A stretch of 64,000 bases of DNA, from NCBI RefSeq assembly GCF_009914755.1, contig NC_060937.1; one strand, 5' to 3'. Under the pieces are notes generated by a model. That model ran no database searches, had not been told where the DNA came from, and saw only the letters and a list, made by a program, of their open reading frames with translations. Shown here in pieces: positions 28,525 to 45,018 of the stretch. Each line of letters starts with the position of its first letter. Position 1 is the first letter of the stretch. The stretch is from the human T2T-CHM13v2.0 reference genome, Homo sapiens. The position numbers and the translations under genes are program-made.

Positions 28525-29220
28525 ATTAGTTTGCTATTAATAGTAATGGATGACTACAGACTTATCGACTTTAAACAACTAATTTCTGTAGGCCAGTAGT
28601 TCAGAAATCGGTTCTCTGATGGCTTGGGTTGTCTGGTCATCGTCTCAGAAGGCTGCAATAAGGTTGTTGGCCAGACTACATTCTAGTCTGAAGGCTCAAC
28701 TGCAAAAGAGTATGCACCCAAGCTCACCCATTTTGTTGGAAAAGTCATTTTTTTGTGTCTCTAGAGCTGAGGACTCTGGCTTCTTAGTGGCTTTAATCTG
28801 GGGGATGCTTTGACTTCCCACATGACGTCTCCAGGTCTTGTATGACACTCTCACCCACACTTCTAGAGGTCCTAGAGGTCACTGACACTTCTTTTCAACA
28901 TAGGCTTCCTGAACATGGCTGTTTTCTCCATCAAGTAAGCACAGAGGATCTCTAGAGTGAATCTAATAACAGGATATATTATCTACATGTATTATGTAAT
29001 GTAACATATGTATTATGTAGCATATGTATATGTATTATGTATTATGTACATGTATTATATAATGTAACATAATCACAGGATTGTCACTGTAACATCTTTG
29101 TCATGTTATATGGGTTAGAATCATGTCTCAGGTCCTGCCCATACTTAAGCAGAGGGCTTAAATGAGAGCATGATTACCGGAAGGCGAAGATCATCGGTGG
29201 TCACCTAAGTCTATGGCTTC
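28525..29220 (-). mobile_element. MLT1 (MaLR) LTR containing an (ATGTATT)n-like expansion at about 28985-29072
   Basis: ttagtttgctatt...aaggctgcaataaggttgttggccag...caggtcctgcccatacttaag. Confidence 0.65.
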
Positions 29221-29774
29221 ATGAGAAGATCCCAATGACTTGTTGAAAGGTAAAATCATAGATCTGCTTTATGCATGGGCCTGGCATCAGCATTCCTTCT
29301 CATTATTATGATAATACATACATTTTTTGCTTAAAATTATAAAAACTTTGAGCTTGAAAGGTTTGACAGACCTAATTTCAAGTATAAACTTTCCCTTCTG
29401 CATTTTGGGCTCCCCAAGCCACTGAATCGATAGGTAAGTAAGAGATTGGGATGATTAATCCCAATAACTAAGCAAAAATCAGGTTGTTTGTAAGCTGTAG
29501 CTAAAGAAGACTCTGTCTGGAAACCAGGAGACTGACTGGGATGGCACCTAGCAATCCTATATCCAGTAATGAAGACCAGTGTGGAACTGTGGTAGAACTT
29601 TCAGAAACAAAGACTTGGCTCACCCTAGCAGGTAAGCATCTCTGACAAAATATGGCATTGTCAGAGGACAAGATGTATATGGAATGGATGGTTGTCTAAA
29701 AAGGCTAGCATTATTAACCCAGGTCACTGACCAGACATGAAATTTACCTTCTTTCACTTTCCTTTTATGGATAC

Positions 29775-30045
29775 TAATATAGTTGGGATGTTTGTCACCT
29801 CCAAATCTCATATTAAACTTTGATCCCTTATGTTGGAGGTGGGGTTGGTGAGAGGTATTTGGGTCATGGGGACACATTCCTCATGAACGGCTTGCTGCCA
29901 TCCTTATAATAATGTGTGAGTTCTGGGTCTGTTAGTTCCCATGAGATCTGATTGTTTAAAAGAGGCTGGCACCTCTTTCTCTGTCTCCTGCTTCCTCTGT
30001 TGCCATGTGACAGGTTGGTTCCACTTGTCTTCCACCAAGACATGA
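29775..30045 (+). mobile_element. MST (MSTB-like) LTR, 3'-truncated
   Basis: atagttgggatgtttgtcacctccaaatctcat...gtttaaaagaggctggcacct...ttgccatgtga. Confidence 0.8.
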
Positions 30046-30059
30046 AATTATAAAAAGGG

Positions 30060-31463
30060 AAAAACATTCATGAGGCAAATTGTAACAAAATAAAGAGATG
30101 ATGGAACCACTAATATTAGACACAAAGAACTTATGGTAAGAACCATTAATAAAGACAAAAAAGAATAGCTCATGTTTATCAAAGAGTCTGTCAGGAAGAA
30201 ATTGTGAAAATGAAAGTAGCTAAAATGTTTTTAAATTCATAACCTCCAAATAGCTAGAAGTATAAAAACATTAAGAAAAATCCACAAAGTTTCTTCCCAA
30301 AACTAATAAAACAAGAAAAAAAGCGTATATACATTAGTTATATAATACCGTTAGTAAGCCTGATTTACTAAATATATAGAGAACTATTGCATATCAAAGT
30401 TTGATTGATCTTTTCACACGTATTTGGAATATTAATACAAACTACCTTACATTACATAACAAATAAGTGACATGAAATACATTCTCTGACCACAATGCAA
30501 AATCACTGGAAATTAAGAATATATAGCTAACATATTTGTCTACTAAGAAGTTCTAAAAATATAATTTAAATAATTACTGAACCTAGAAGTCACAGATGAC
30601 AACAAAGTTTCCAAATAACAGCATTACATTTAAAGTGACTGTAAAATACAGCTACAATGTTACATTAAATAGTGTGCAGACTTATATATGTTTATTTAAA
30701 AAAGAAAAGTAAATATTAACAAATTTTAAGTTCTAAAATCAAATAAAAAGAATGAGGATAATAAGATCAAATAAAATAGAAAAAAGCAAAGATAAAATAT
30801 AACTTACAGAAAAAAAAACAAAAAATAGATGCCAGAATATTAATAAGATCAATGATGACAGGAAAGTAATTGGCAAAATATAGAAAATATGGATAAGATA
30901 GAAATAGAAGATATTAGAGACAAAAAGTAAAGAAATGGTATATGTATTTAATGATTTGTTGTGTAAATAATTATAAGTAGTATTTAATTATTTGTTGTTT
31001 AGTAATTTATTTTAGAGATATTGTTATGGGAATCAGATAAATTTCAATGTTTGCTGAAATGGCAAATTTTCTAAGAAAATATAAAACAGGAAATAGGAAA
31101 TAGAAATAAGCTAAGAATAATTAAAAATAAAAATGTAGTCAAATATTTACCTTATAAAAATAACAATTCAAAATTATTTGACTTACGAATTCTGCAAACA
31201 TTTAAAAACCATAGAGGTCATATGTTATATGAATTATCCTCATTAAAGAAAAAAAATAGAAGTATTTCCACCTCATTATGAGCCTAGTACAATTCAATTT
31301 CAACAACAAAAGACAAAATGAGAGAAGTAAAGTATAAGCTAAATCGCACATATAAAATGGATTATATAACTTGTACTTAAAAAGAATACCTTATTCCAAG
31401 TATGATTTATTTCAGGTTTGCAAGAACATTTAAACATTGGGATATCTATCTATGATCTATGTG

Positions 31464-31503
<40 letters not shown>

Positions 31504-31532
31504 CCTATCATCTTTCTACTGAAACATTGGGA

Positions 31533-31579
<47 letters not shown>

Positions 31580-33110
31580 ATCTTTCTACTATCTTCCTAT
31601 CTTAAATAGATCATATTAGTGTATTTTAATATCCATATAATAAAACTATGTCAGTAGACCATGAAATCAAAAATTATTTGATAAAAATGTAGTGCTCATT
31701 AAATTTACTTGACTAACATTTTCTATCAGAAACTAGAGAAAGCATTATATCTAATTAAGGCTTAACATCTAATTTACAGCTAAAGTTAGCAACAAAGGAC
31801 TGGAAAACCTTATAAGAGCTGGCATTCTACTGAGACCAGAAAGACCATATCTTAGAAGAACTAGAAAATAAAGTAAGAGCTAATCTACATCCACCTTAAC
31901 AGAGCCTATAATCAATCTTCAATGATATTAAAGCAGGCTATTAGTAAAATAACTGGTTCTGCTTGATAGAACAAAATTCAGCACTCTTTATAAGATATCA
32001 ACATACTCCTTATGCATTACTCCCTCTGTACTCCTTAATACATAAAATCAATGTTTATAATGCAGTTAAAATTACCATTCATGCAAAGAAGAAGAAAATA
32101 TAACAATATTTTTAAATAAAGAAAAAGATTCCAAAATGGTCCGCATGTTTGAACAGCAGACAAGGTCTTTAAAGAATGATTAATGTGTTCAATAATTTAG
32201 AGATAATTAGAATCTTAATGTATGAATAGATTAGGAAAATAAAATCAATTGGATTGGTTGGAGTTGGCAGAAGTAAGGGCCAGGAAAAAATAGGAAGGGA
32301 GAAAAAAAATTTTTTTAAATGAACGGAGCCTCAAAAGCATATTGGAAAATATCAAGTGATCTACAGTTTTGTCATTGTAGTCCCAGGAGGCAAGGTGAGA
32401 GGGAAGGGGACAGAGAAAATATTTAAATAAAAAATAATAATAAAAGTTCCAAAATTTAACTTATACTTTAATCTACAAATCCAAAAATCTCAGTGAACCC
32501 CAATCAGGATATATACAACATAAACCTCAATTAGACACATCATGTCAATGACAAAAGCATAAGTTGTTCAAGAAGTGATCTTAACATGACTTGCTTTCCA
32601 TTAAAATAACTCGAGTCACTACTTGATGTCATAAACTTCAAATATGCTAACGTGCTAAGTATAAAAAGCAAAACTATTAACAAGTAGAAGAAAAATCAGT
32701 GGGAGAATGGGCATACATTTACATGATCTGGTTGAAATACATTCTTAAGCAAGTTACAAATTCCAGATGTCCAAAAGGAAAAATAACAACATAAGTATTT
32801 TCATTATTTTTATTAGGGAAAATAAGATACACACATTTAAATACTACCTACATACTTGGAGAATATATTGAGCTTGTAGATATGCAAAGAAATAATACCT
32901 AGATTTTACAAAGCACTTTTAAAAATTAACAATTAAAAGACTAACAGAAAAGTGAACAAAATATATTTTTATTCAATTCCAAAGAGTAAAAAGGAAAACA
33001 AATATGTGAAAATATGTTCAAACTGAAATAACAATTATGAGCATACAAACTACAAATAAATCTTTTCTCCATAATATTGCACATATTTTAAAGATTGATA
33101 ATCAAATCAT
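30060..33110 (+). mobile_element. Patchwork of very old L1M/L1ME fragments
   Basis: A-rich strand; attctctgaccacaatgca (EN, about 30481); ORF1-like aatctcagtgaaccccaatcaggata (about 32490). Confidence 0.5.
31432..31590. repeat. Compound (TCTA)n STR within a two-copy tandem duplication
   Basis: Units 31432-31520 and 31522-31590, each aaacattgggata-(tcta)n-tcatctttctact. Confidence 0.92.
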
Positions 33111-35244
33111 ATTCAAGCTTTTCCTTGAAACATGATGAAAACTTTGATGAATAAGGGAATTAATTAAACTTCAAGGGAAAATGTAAAAGAGTCAGAGAAA
33201 AGTGGATACTTTTTTCACATAAGAAGAAGCAATCAGATGCCTGATTCCTATAGAGATGTGTGGAGTTTAGAGGAGAAAAATATTTTCAATGACATGTTAA
33301 ATACATTCAATTGATATTTTAAGCTGAATCAAATGAGGTGTGCATCATGAAATATTTGTAAGAGATCAAACCAGAGAGAGAGAATCCATGTGCAAAATGT
33401 CATATTCACTGCCTCCCTTTAGAGATTCTTGTTATGCTTGAAAGCAACAAAGGATATAAAAGAAATAAAGTGAGTTTAATTGTGTTTAGCTTCATTCTCC
33501 AAATGCATTTATCATTGAAACAATATTTAATTTTTATTATATTTGTTTATTTTTCAGGGAAGAGGGTGGCACAAAGGATAACCCCTATTAATATTTCATG
33601 AAATTTTGTACTACATAACACATGGAAAAGAGCTGTTTTAAGCATTTAACCATTAACAAGTAAATGAATGAGATAATTAGGAGTAAGGAATTAAGTAGAC
33701 GAGATTGTAGACAGGGCGATATATTACGAGACTATTGCAGTAAACAAAGGAAGAGATGATGAAGAACTGGATCACATCAAATTTAATATATGGACAGTGT
33801 TAAGAGAATGGACAAGAAGAGATATAACAAGGATAAAAATCTACAAAATCTGAAGGTCAATGTATATTTGTATGAACTCATCTTTAGTTGTTAAATCATA
33901 CACAATACCTCTTAGACATGGTTACTAGTTTATTCATACTGGTTATAACTTTTATCTGAGGCCTACCTTTAAGGCCAACTAATGGCTGATAGGTGGTATG
34001 TATGAGAAGTTTTTAACTGATACTCTAAACAGAAATTTATTATCTAATGATTGGTGAATATAAATGGAAGGTCAGTCCTGAAAGGTTGGAAATAGAGCCA
34101 AAGTTGAGGATGGGGAAGCTACCAACTACTGTGTTACATTAGAAATTTAGAAAAAAGTAGGACCTCAAATAAATAAAGACCCCCATGACACATGACAACA
34201 AGAAAGAGGAACATAAAAACATTTCACTAATAATCTGGTTGATAACCCATGAAATGCTAAGCATCCAAGATTATGTTGCTTTTAGCTATGTCCTGACCCT
34301 TTCTTTGGTCATGGAAACTGTCTTAGAAGGTTATAGCTTGATTCTATAGCAATTGCAATCTAATTGGAAGTTACCACAATTACTAGTTTTATCCTGCCAT
34401 CCCCCTTGACTAGTCCACGTTTCCTTTTTTTGTATTATAGTCTTTGTTGATTATTATGATTATAAATGTAATATTATCAGTATATTCCTGCATCACATTT
34501 AAATATGTACAAAGACTTTACATGACATATTTTAAAGTTGTCTGATAATTCTTAAAGGCAAACCATTTCTGCATTAAAAATACTTTTTTAAAATGTTGTG
34601 ATTGTTTTTACATTTTTATTACACCCAAATAACTTTATTATATAAAATTGAATGTCATTCTGGGGTTAAATAAATCAAAATTACTGTACTAATTAAAATA
34701 CTACTAGCTGAAAACAATGAAATTTGAACTATTCCTTTGAAAATTATATTTATAACTATAACTGATATTAATATATTTTAATATTTTGTAGAAAACTATA
34801 TATTTATGTTTATATCTATTACCTATCTACAAATATTACAAGTAATTTTAATTAAGAAAGTAAAGCCAGTTAATGCAATGTCATAATTATAACGTAAGTC
34901 CTAGTTTTGTAGGATTTTATGTTTTTAGAATACAGGTTTTTGTATTGCAAAATGACAACACACACAAAAATAAAATAGTAAAGATTACTTATAAAACAAG
35001 TATATACATATACACTCATAAATATCTCAATTTAAATTATGTGGTTACCAAAGAGAGAAAATAAACATTTATATCTAAAATGAATAACTAAAATAAATTA
35101 GTAAATTCAGAAGACTAAATTTTAAGAAAAACTTCCATGAGCAATAGTAAAAAAATGCAAATATTTATCTTACCAAATTAAATTGATTAAGATTAATATA
35201 TCCCTGCTGTGCAAAATAGTCTAGGAAAACAATTCATTTTCTAT

Positions 35245-35470
35245 CAAGCTTGTCCAACCTGCAGCCTGCAAGCCACATGCAGCCCAAGATAGCTTAGAAC
35301 GTGGCCCAACACAAATTCATGCAAACTTTCTTAAAACATTTTGAAATTTGTTTTTTGGATTTTTTTTAGCTCATCAGCTATAATTAGTGTTTGTGTATTT
35401 TATGAGCGGCTCAACACAATTATTCTTCTTCCAATGTGACCCAGGGTAGCCAAAAGATTAGAAATCCTTA
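35245..35470. mobile_element. MER30 (hAT-Charlie MITE)
   Basis: caagcttgtccaacctgcag...ggcccaacacaaattc...gctcatcagctat...gccaaaagattag. Confidence 0.85.
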
Positions 35471-35724
35471 TTTTAGATATATGTTAATGTATCTAGTATT
35501 AATCATATGTACAAGATAAACACTGCATGTTTTAATAATTAGAAACAAATGTATTGCTTATTTCGCTTTGATTAAAATATCTTATATTTTAAATGAAATA
35601 AATGCCCAAGTATAGCAGGGAAAATTATCAAAACAAGAATAAATACATCGTTTTATTTGTACCAAAATATACTCTCAAGCTGTTCCCATTAAATCAATAA
35701 AGTATTGTCATATATTAGTAAAAA

Positions 35725-36510
35725 TAAGAAAAATCACTGTTGTAAGAACTCTTATCATGAGATCTACTCTCTTTAGCAAATTCTGAAGTGCTCATTATTG
35801 TATTAACTATCGGACTATGTTGTACTGCAGATCTCTAGACCATTTTCATCTTGCATTCCTAAAACTTTACTTCTATTTAGCAACGATGCTCCATTTTTCT
35901 TCTTTCCCTCAGCCACTGGCAACCACCATTTCATTCTTCGCTATTATGAGTTTGACTATTTTAGATTCATCATATAAATGATTTTATGTAGTATTTGTCC
36001 CTCTTTGTCTTGCTTATTTCACTTAGAATAATGTCCTGCAGGTTCATCTATATTGTTGCAAATGACAAGAATTTCCATCTTTATTTTTAAGGCCGAATAA
36101 TATTCTGTTGTATGCATATACGACATTTTCTTTATCTATTTGCTTATAGATGGACATTTGGGTTAATCTCATAGCTTATTCTATTCCTGGGATAAACCCC
36201 ACTTGATCAAGGTGAATGATCCTTTTATTCTGCTATTGAATTTGGTTTGCTAGTAATTAGTTGAGGATTTTTGTATCTTTATTTGGGGATATTGGTCTGT
36301 AATTTTTCTTTCTTGTATTGTCTTTGCCTGGCTTTGACTTTAGATTTTGCTTTACTCAGTACATTCGAAAGTATTCCCCCTCAAGTTTTTTTTTTTTTTT
36401 TCAAAGAGTTTGAGAAGGATTTGTATTAGTTATTTGTTAAAAGTTTGGTAGACTCCATCAGTGAAGCCATTTGTCCTGGGGCTTTCATTGTTAAGTGGCT
36501 TTTGTTCATC
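35725..36510 (-). mobile_element. L1M 3' UTR fragment joined to an L1 ORF2 (RT-region) fragment
   Basis: gcttatttcacttagaataatgtcc (3' UTR); gggataaaccccacttgatc and catcagtgaagccat (ORF2). Junction at about 36180. Confidence 0.8.
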
Positions 36511-37278
36511 AGGTATTTTATAAGATGCCCCTTACTGGAAATTGGTTGAATCTTTCCCTCATGGACATGTCGGGGTTATTACCAGTTTTAGGGAGAAAGA
36601 TCCCAAAGGCAAAGTCACATGGCAAAGGTACATGCTGACAGCACTAGATTACTATTGACATATATATGCTAGAAGAATAATAGCTTTCAAGCTCAAAATC
36701 TAGAACTCTAAGTAAAAATTAATTGCAAAGAATATATGTTTTCTTAATTAGAAAACTATAAATAATCATACAATGTTTTTAAGTTACTCTTGCATATGTA
36801 CAAATTATTTTTCATTTTGTTTTTATATCAAAATACATTAGTATTACATTTGATTATAGTTAATAAAAGTTGATAATATTATTGATGATAGCCATAAGAG
36901 CTATGGTGCTATTGTTGGTGTTCAGAGAAAACAACCGGATTGAAATTATGAATCCACTGTTTTGTCATCTTTCATAGGTTTCAAGGGAAATGCTGTTGGA
37001 AAGTTAATCTCAAAACAATATGAGAACTTATCAACAAACCGTGATAATACAAATCAGAAATGGAAAAAGTTTATTTGGAATGTGTCGTATTGCAATAAAT
37101 CAAATGTGTATTTTTATTTGAAAAATATTTACTTTTAAGACTCACAACAAAATTCTAGAATTTAGACATTTTATAAGTTTCTTCCAGTAATTTTATTCTG
37201 CTCAAAATACAATTTCCCAGCAATTGCTCATACACACAAATACATATACATCTATATAGGTATATATTGATACACATT

Positions 37279-37341
37279 ATTATGTGCCACTGCACTCCAT
37301 CCTGGGCAACACAGCAATATTTCATCTCAAAAAAAAAAAAA
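37279..37341 (+). mobile_element. Alu 3'-end fragment
   Basis: gtgccactgcactccatcctgggcaacacagc...catctc plus A-tail. Confidence 0.85.
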
Positions 37342-39609
37342 CACAAGTAAACTTATTAAAGTGAAATTCAAACTTTGAGTTCCTGGCATACATAGGATAA
37401 ATATCTAGGTAAAAGCAGTGTAGCCTAGAATAGATAATACTGAGACTTGAAGAGTTAGCTATACTTTTAAATAATTTAAAGGGAAATGCTAAAAAATAGT
37501 CATGGGAAATAGGATCTGTCTTTACCTGTAAGGTATCTATTTAAGCTTTGTTGGTGAGCCAGTATATAGAAAATAATTTCAACTTTCCTAGTACTGTATT
37601 ACTTTACAAATTAAATTTTAAAAAATCATAAACCATAATTATTCACTAAAACACAGAACAAGAAAACAAATACAAACACAGAGGTCTCTGTACCCACATG
37701 TTTCTCTCAAGGAGTGAATATTTTCTCAGTGAGAGTAATTTTACAGGCTAAGACATATTTTTTGCACTGCCTGAGTCCTACAGATAATTTATAGATAACT
37801 AATCTGGTGTTGATCAAAAGCAGCCCCAAAAATGCCACATTAGCTTACATATAAGATTATAAAGTTTATAATTTTATATTGAAAATTAATGTAGTATGGC
37901 ATGAATAGATATTGATCTATTTTGATGATTGGCTTTTACTATTTGGTTTTCTGGAGTATCACAGTATACACTTTTTACAAGATTTCTAGCTGCAAATTTT
38001 TCAATTTCTAAATCTTTTAGAGTATTATTTTCTACAGGACCTAGGAGATAGTTTATTTGTATTTTAATTTTCTTGTAAGGAAAATCAGGTTGTCATAATA
38101 GTATTTATAGGTTTCTTTTGGAATGTTTACATTAAAACTGATTATTGTTATTCTTCTCTGATCCACAGAGAATACAACTTAGGAAAAACTTCAAGTTGTT
38201 TCACTGATTGAGAACATGCACTTGTGCCTCATAGCTTGATTTCATGCATGCCTTGGGCCATATCTTTTCAGGTCATATAAGTTTTTGTCATTCTATGAAC
38301 ATATAAGTGTGTATGTATCTATCTACTATGCCTGGTAGTATGCGCCCCCATATGTGGTACACTCATGTGCGTCATTGGCTATGCACCCAAATATGCATGT
38401 TTTTAACCATTTGATATATACATTAAAAAGCTATTAGGACAGTAATATTGGTCATTTATCTTAGTATCTCTCCTATATTTCCTATAGTTTTCCCATCCAT
38501 AATAGTGTGGTTTTCATTTACAACCCACAATTATTCTCCTCACATCTTTTTCCTCTTTTCTCTCACTCAAATGTTGAAAACAATTGATCATTTATATTTT
38601 TGTAGAGACTTGAAGACAAAACTCTATTAATTATTTGAATTGCACTGAATATATATGCCAAAACAAAGATAGCAATTTAATTATTCACCAGTATGAATCT
38701 GCCAACTTGATGTGATCAAATTAATTAATTTTCATTGATTTAGAAAGTTGTACACTTGTAATAGAAAGCAACCTCAAAAATGGATCAATATTATTATAAT
38801 TCTTGTCACAATACAATGCACTTCTCTCTCCTTCTGGATTTTATATTTGTCATTAAATTTGTCATTAATGTTCATGCTTATATGATGCTTCAATAAAAGT
38901 AAAGATGAGATTATAACATTCACTACTTTTTAAACATTTAGAATAATTGGGGGGTTTTGAAAAACCTTATGTATTTATACCATAAGCATTGAATTATTAG
39001 GTAGTGAAAATAAAAATAGTAAAAAATTTGTGTAAGTCACGACTCCTATTAATAAGTCTTATGGAGACATAAGACAAACCAAGGACAACAGTGTCGTAGT
39101 GCTTTGAACGAAGACTACACACTGCAATGAAATCATAGGGGTGAAATTTAACTCAATTCAGACTCTGGGCATGAGGGCAGCTGATGTCATTCAAAGCTTC
39201 TTGGAGGACAGTATTCATGAACTGTGTTTTAAGAAAACACTAGGTGTTGCATAGGTAAAGGGCAGGGAAGACAGGTTTCTCAACAAGAAGAGCATGTTTA
39301 AAGGCTTACAAGCTGTACAAAATATGTGGGAAACCCAATTTATTTCCCTATGACTTTAAAAAGTGGGTTTTATGGCAGAAACTCAGGAGATGGACCCCGA
39401 ACACTAAAATAAGGACTTATATTCTACTACCTTCCAGCGATGCGACTATAGGCTTCTTTGTTATTGGGTAGTGAGAGTTGGAAAAGAAGTATGGACGTTG
39501 AAATATTGGCTGTGTTACTTAAAGGATATGTAAATGTGGTCAAGACAACCTGTCTCCATGTGAGCTTCAATTTTTTCATCTGTAATGTGGAACTAATAGG
39601 TATATTTCA

Positions 39610-41210
<1,601 letters not shown>

Positions 41211-41707
41211 ACACAGATATTATAAATTATACAAAATAAAATATGATTAATATAGAAAGTTTAGTATTTTAATACAATATACCTGGACCAGATAGTAACT
41301 CATTTTGAGTAGTTATTTATGCCCTTTTCTTCCTTATTGATAATTTGTTTGCCGTAGATAATAAATTTTATGCTCTTCCATTTTGAAGGGCATTTCTTTT
41401 GGCAAAGAAGAAAGAATAAATGGAAATTAGAAGTTTGATTTTCTCTATCAGCCATCAACCTTGGCTATTTGTTTCAAGTGATAGAGTTATCCCTATCTTG
41501 ATAGTATTGCTCTGAAAGTCACTGTACTGAAATTAGTTTTACAGATGCAGACACCCATTTGAGAGAAAAGACCAGGTAGGTGATGTTGCTACAATATTTC
41601 TGGTTAGGAAAATAGAGTTCTTAGAAAAGTCAGGCTTAGGAATCAGCTTTTCCTCTTCAAATATTTGTTACTCTATTCAGGCAATTTTGAATTAAATTTG
41701 GGGGTTC

Positions 41708-42069
41708 CGTATTTGTCCATTTTCATGCCGTTGATAAAGACATACCTAAGACTGAGCAATTTACCAAAGAAAGATGTTTAATGGACTTAAGAGTTTCACG
41801 TGGCTGGGAGGCTTCACAATCATGGTGGAAGGCAAGGAGGAGCCAGTCATGTCTTACATGGATGGCAGCAGGCAAAGAGAGAGAGCTTAATAATAAGCAG
41901 GGGAACTCCTCTTTATAAAACCATCAGATCTCATGAGACCTATTCACTATCACAAGAACAGCATGAGAAAGACCCACCCCCATGATTCCATTATCTCCCA
42001 TCGAGTCCCTCCCACAACACGTAGAAATTAAAGATGAGATTTGGGTGGGGACACAGCCAAATCATATCA
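41708..42069 (-). mobile_element. THE1 (THE1B/C-like) solo LTR
   Basis: gataaagacatacctaagactg...ggcttcacaatcatggtggaaggcaagg...gggacacagccaaatcatatca. Confidence 0.92.
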
Positions 42070-42521
42070 GGTCTCTTATTAAATTGTCTCACAGCATTCT
42101 TCAACTTTCTGAAAACAAAAGTTTGCTCTCTGTCTTCCTTCCTTTCAGTTTATATTTTTATTTTTATTGCTTCAAGTTCATATTCCCTTCACTATTTTCA
42201 CCCTTTAATGTCTACCTTGCAGGCTGGAAACTAGAAATTGTATTTACCTATGTTTTTCACTTTTAATTTTATTAAGATATTCATAGATTTTTACTTAATT
42301 TTATTGACACAAATTTAACTTATTTGTTCCCAAGGTAGCTTTTGTCTGAGGAACCTTCTCCTTCCTATGAACTCCAGGAACGCCATTTAAGGGGGCTTGT
42401 TTGGCAGTCTTTGAAGAGGGGGAGGGGGACTTGAAGATGCTATTTGAATGGTAGCACCTATTATTAAACTTGTGATTAGATTATTCTAGAAACTCAGAGA
42501 GCTTTAAAAATCAAACTCTAA

Positions 42522-42821
42522 GGCCAGGCACTATGGCTCATGCCTGTAATCCCAGCACTTTGGGAGGCTGAGGCGGGCGGATCACGAGGTCAGGAGATCG
42601 AGACCATCCTGGCTAACATGGTGAAACCCCGTCTCTACTAAAAATACAAAAAAATTAGCCAGGCATGGTGGTGGGCGCCTGTAGTCCTGGGAGGCTGAGG
42701 CAGGAGAATGGCATGAACCTGGGAGGCAGAGCTTGCAGTGAGGTGAGATCTCGCCCCTGCACTCCAGCCTGGTTGACAGAGCAAGATTCTGTATAAAAAA
42801 AAAATAATAATAATAAATAAA
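42522..42821 (+). mobile_element. AluY-like element
   Basis: gagatcgagaccatcctggctaac, gaatggcatgaacc, gagcttgcagtg; small deletion at about 42687; TSD atcaaactcta. Confidence 0.93.
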
Positions 42822-45018
42822 TATCAAACTCTATAATATACTTTTAATATTTTGAACCTAAGCCTATTTATCACTTGTCTTTTAATTTTTCAATTCAAGT
42901 AGTATTTTCACATAAGTTCTTGTATTTACACAATAGTTTATCTTCCATGAAGAATTCTAGATACTGAAACAAAACATTTAAAAATATCGGGGAATGATGG
43001 CCAAGTACATCAAATTCTGGCACTCTATTTATTTAGAAGGAAATGAATAGAAACTCACATGATAAAGAAGAAATATAAACAAGCAAAGAATCACAAAAGT
43101 AAAGGACACTTCAAAGTACAACACTGAAAGCAATTCTATACATTAAAAAAATACTTTCAAAAACACTTCCAACAAAAAAGAGAAAACAAAGGGAATGCAG
43201 AGAACCCGTCAGCAAATACCAATGGTAATGATATATTACATGGCTACTCTACTTGACTGCAGAGGAGTTTTTCCATATCTCTTTTAAACTAGCTCAGACA
43301 ATACCCAAAGCTTCCATCTCTCACCACAGGTTTCTTTCCTTGTTGCTAACTTGGAGAAAGGGCAAGGTGATAGTGTAACAGTAGGTTGTTTCTAGCTTAA
43401 TTGCATCAGGGTAGAAAATACCTCATGAAGTTGAAGCATTGTTCTTTGTATTTTAATAGACTGCAACTGTTTCTTGATTTTTAATAGTTAATTTTTTTTT
43501 CTGAGTTGGTGAACAAAATGAATTATATGTTTCCTTAGAATTGCTTAATAAAAATTCAGTGTCATATTTGCATTTTAAATACTATAAAATATTTGAGAGC
43601 TGTTCAAAAACAAATTTCTAGGATGTATTATTTTAGCTCTAGTGGAGTAGAAGCTTGTTATCTCACAGATGCCTCTGATACAGTCTGAGCTATATTAAAA
43701 AACAAACTCCATGCCCACAAACTATGAGCTTTTACATGTAGTAAAATCAAATTTTATAAAGCACTTTCTCGCTACTTGTTATAGACTCAAAGCAGTGATT
43801 TCTGATTATTTTATTATACCTTAATGTTTACAACTGCAAAAATATACAAACAATTCTCTGTAGAACAGGTTGTATTTACTTGGTGGCTAATAAAAGCGTT
43901 GCTGGAAAACAAATTTGAGGACAGAGAAAATATATTCAATTTTATGTGGTTTCTAAGGGCATAAACTCCACAAAATTGAATACTAACAAGAAATATTAAT
44001 ATACAATAAAAATAATAAAATCTATGCTTCTCAGGTACTTATGTGGAGTAACAAATTGAATGAGAAAAAGAATTGATTTTTCTTCCTGAAGAACTAAGAC
44101 AAGAAAAATGAGCTGAAATGAATTTGTTATTTCTAGTGCTTATATTAATTTTCTGTTTAAATAATAGGAAAGAAGCATTTCACAGTAAGAAAAGCGAATA
44201 ATGATCTCTGCAGGGAAAAAAGAGAGTAAACACTGAAGCTAAAATGAATGTACAACTTTGTCAAAAATCAATACATTTATGTGGCTATACAATTCACTGT
44301 TGTTTGTTTAAAGAATGTCAGAATACTTTTGGTGCAGTCCATAATAAGTATTCCAATAGCATTTGTCAGATGATCAAAAGTAGAGGGGAAAGAATATAGA
44401 AATGACAGTTAAGAAAATCATCACTGAGTCTGTCAAATTGAAGCTATTGAAAATGATAAGAAAGTGCAAAATAAAGTCTGTGTGTTTTTCATACTTTTCA
44501 TATTATCATCCATGCATATATAATGAAAATCTCCAAGATTCAAAATGTTATTCCAATTGCTGTAGGATCTTTATGTAATATCAATGTACTTAAAGAATTG
44601 CACTTATAATAATGTAGTATATGAATGATGAGATAATGTTAGTGGCTTATAAATTTTGAGTGAGCTTCTAGGGATGAAACATAGTAGACTTAAACAGATA
44701 AACAGACGCTTGCTTTTGTGGGAAAAACATTCTAGAAAATGTTATGTTAGCTCACTTTTCCCCTTTAGTTGGAGTAGGTATCTAGAAGTATGTATTGCTG
44801 TTGCACACTATGTTAAACCATTTTAAAACAACACATTTAATACATAACATATGGTTTATTAAAAATTAAGCAAAACAAAACATTAAGCAAACATGCAAAA
44901 AATTATTAAAAATGTAGGAAGTTAAAGTGATTTACACTAATGAAAAGTGATTTACAAACATGATCAGAATTCATATTGAACTGAAAGTAGATTATGTCCA
45001 AACACACACATATACACA

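Noticed and set aside
28985-29072. Regular short repeats as a CRISPR-like or coded array
   Set aside because: Degenerate ATGTATT slippage repeat inside an MLT1 LTR; no spacers; eukaryotic context.
44924-44956. 13-bp direct repeat aaagtgatttaca as the TSD of an insertion
   Set aside because: Only 7 bp lie between the copies; an ordinary small tandem duplication.
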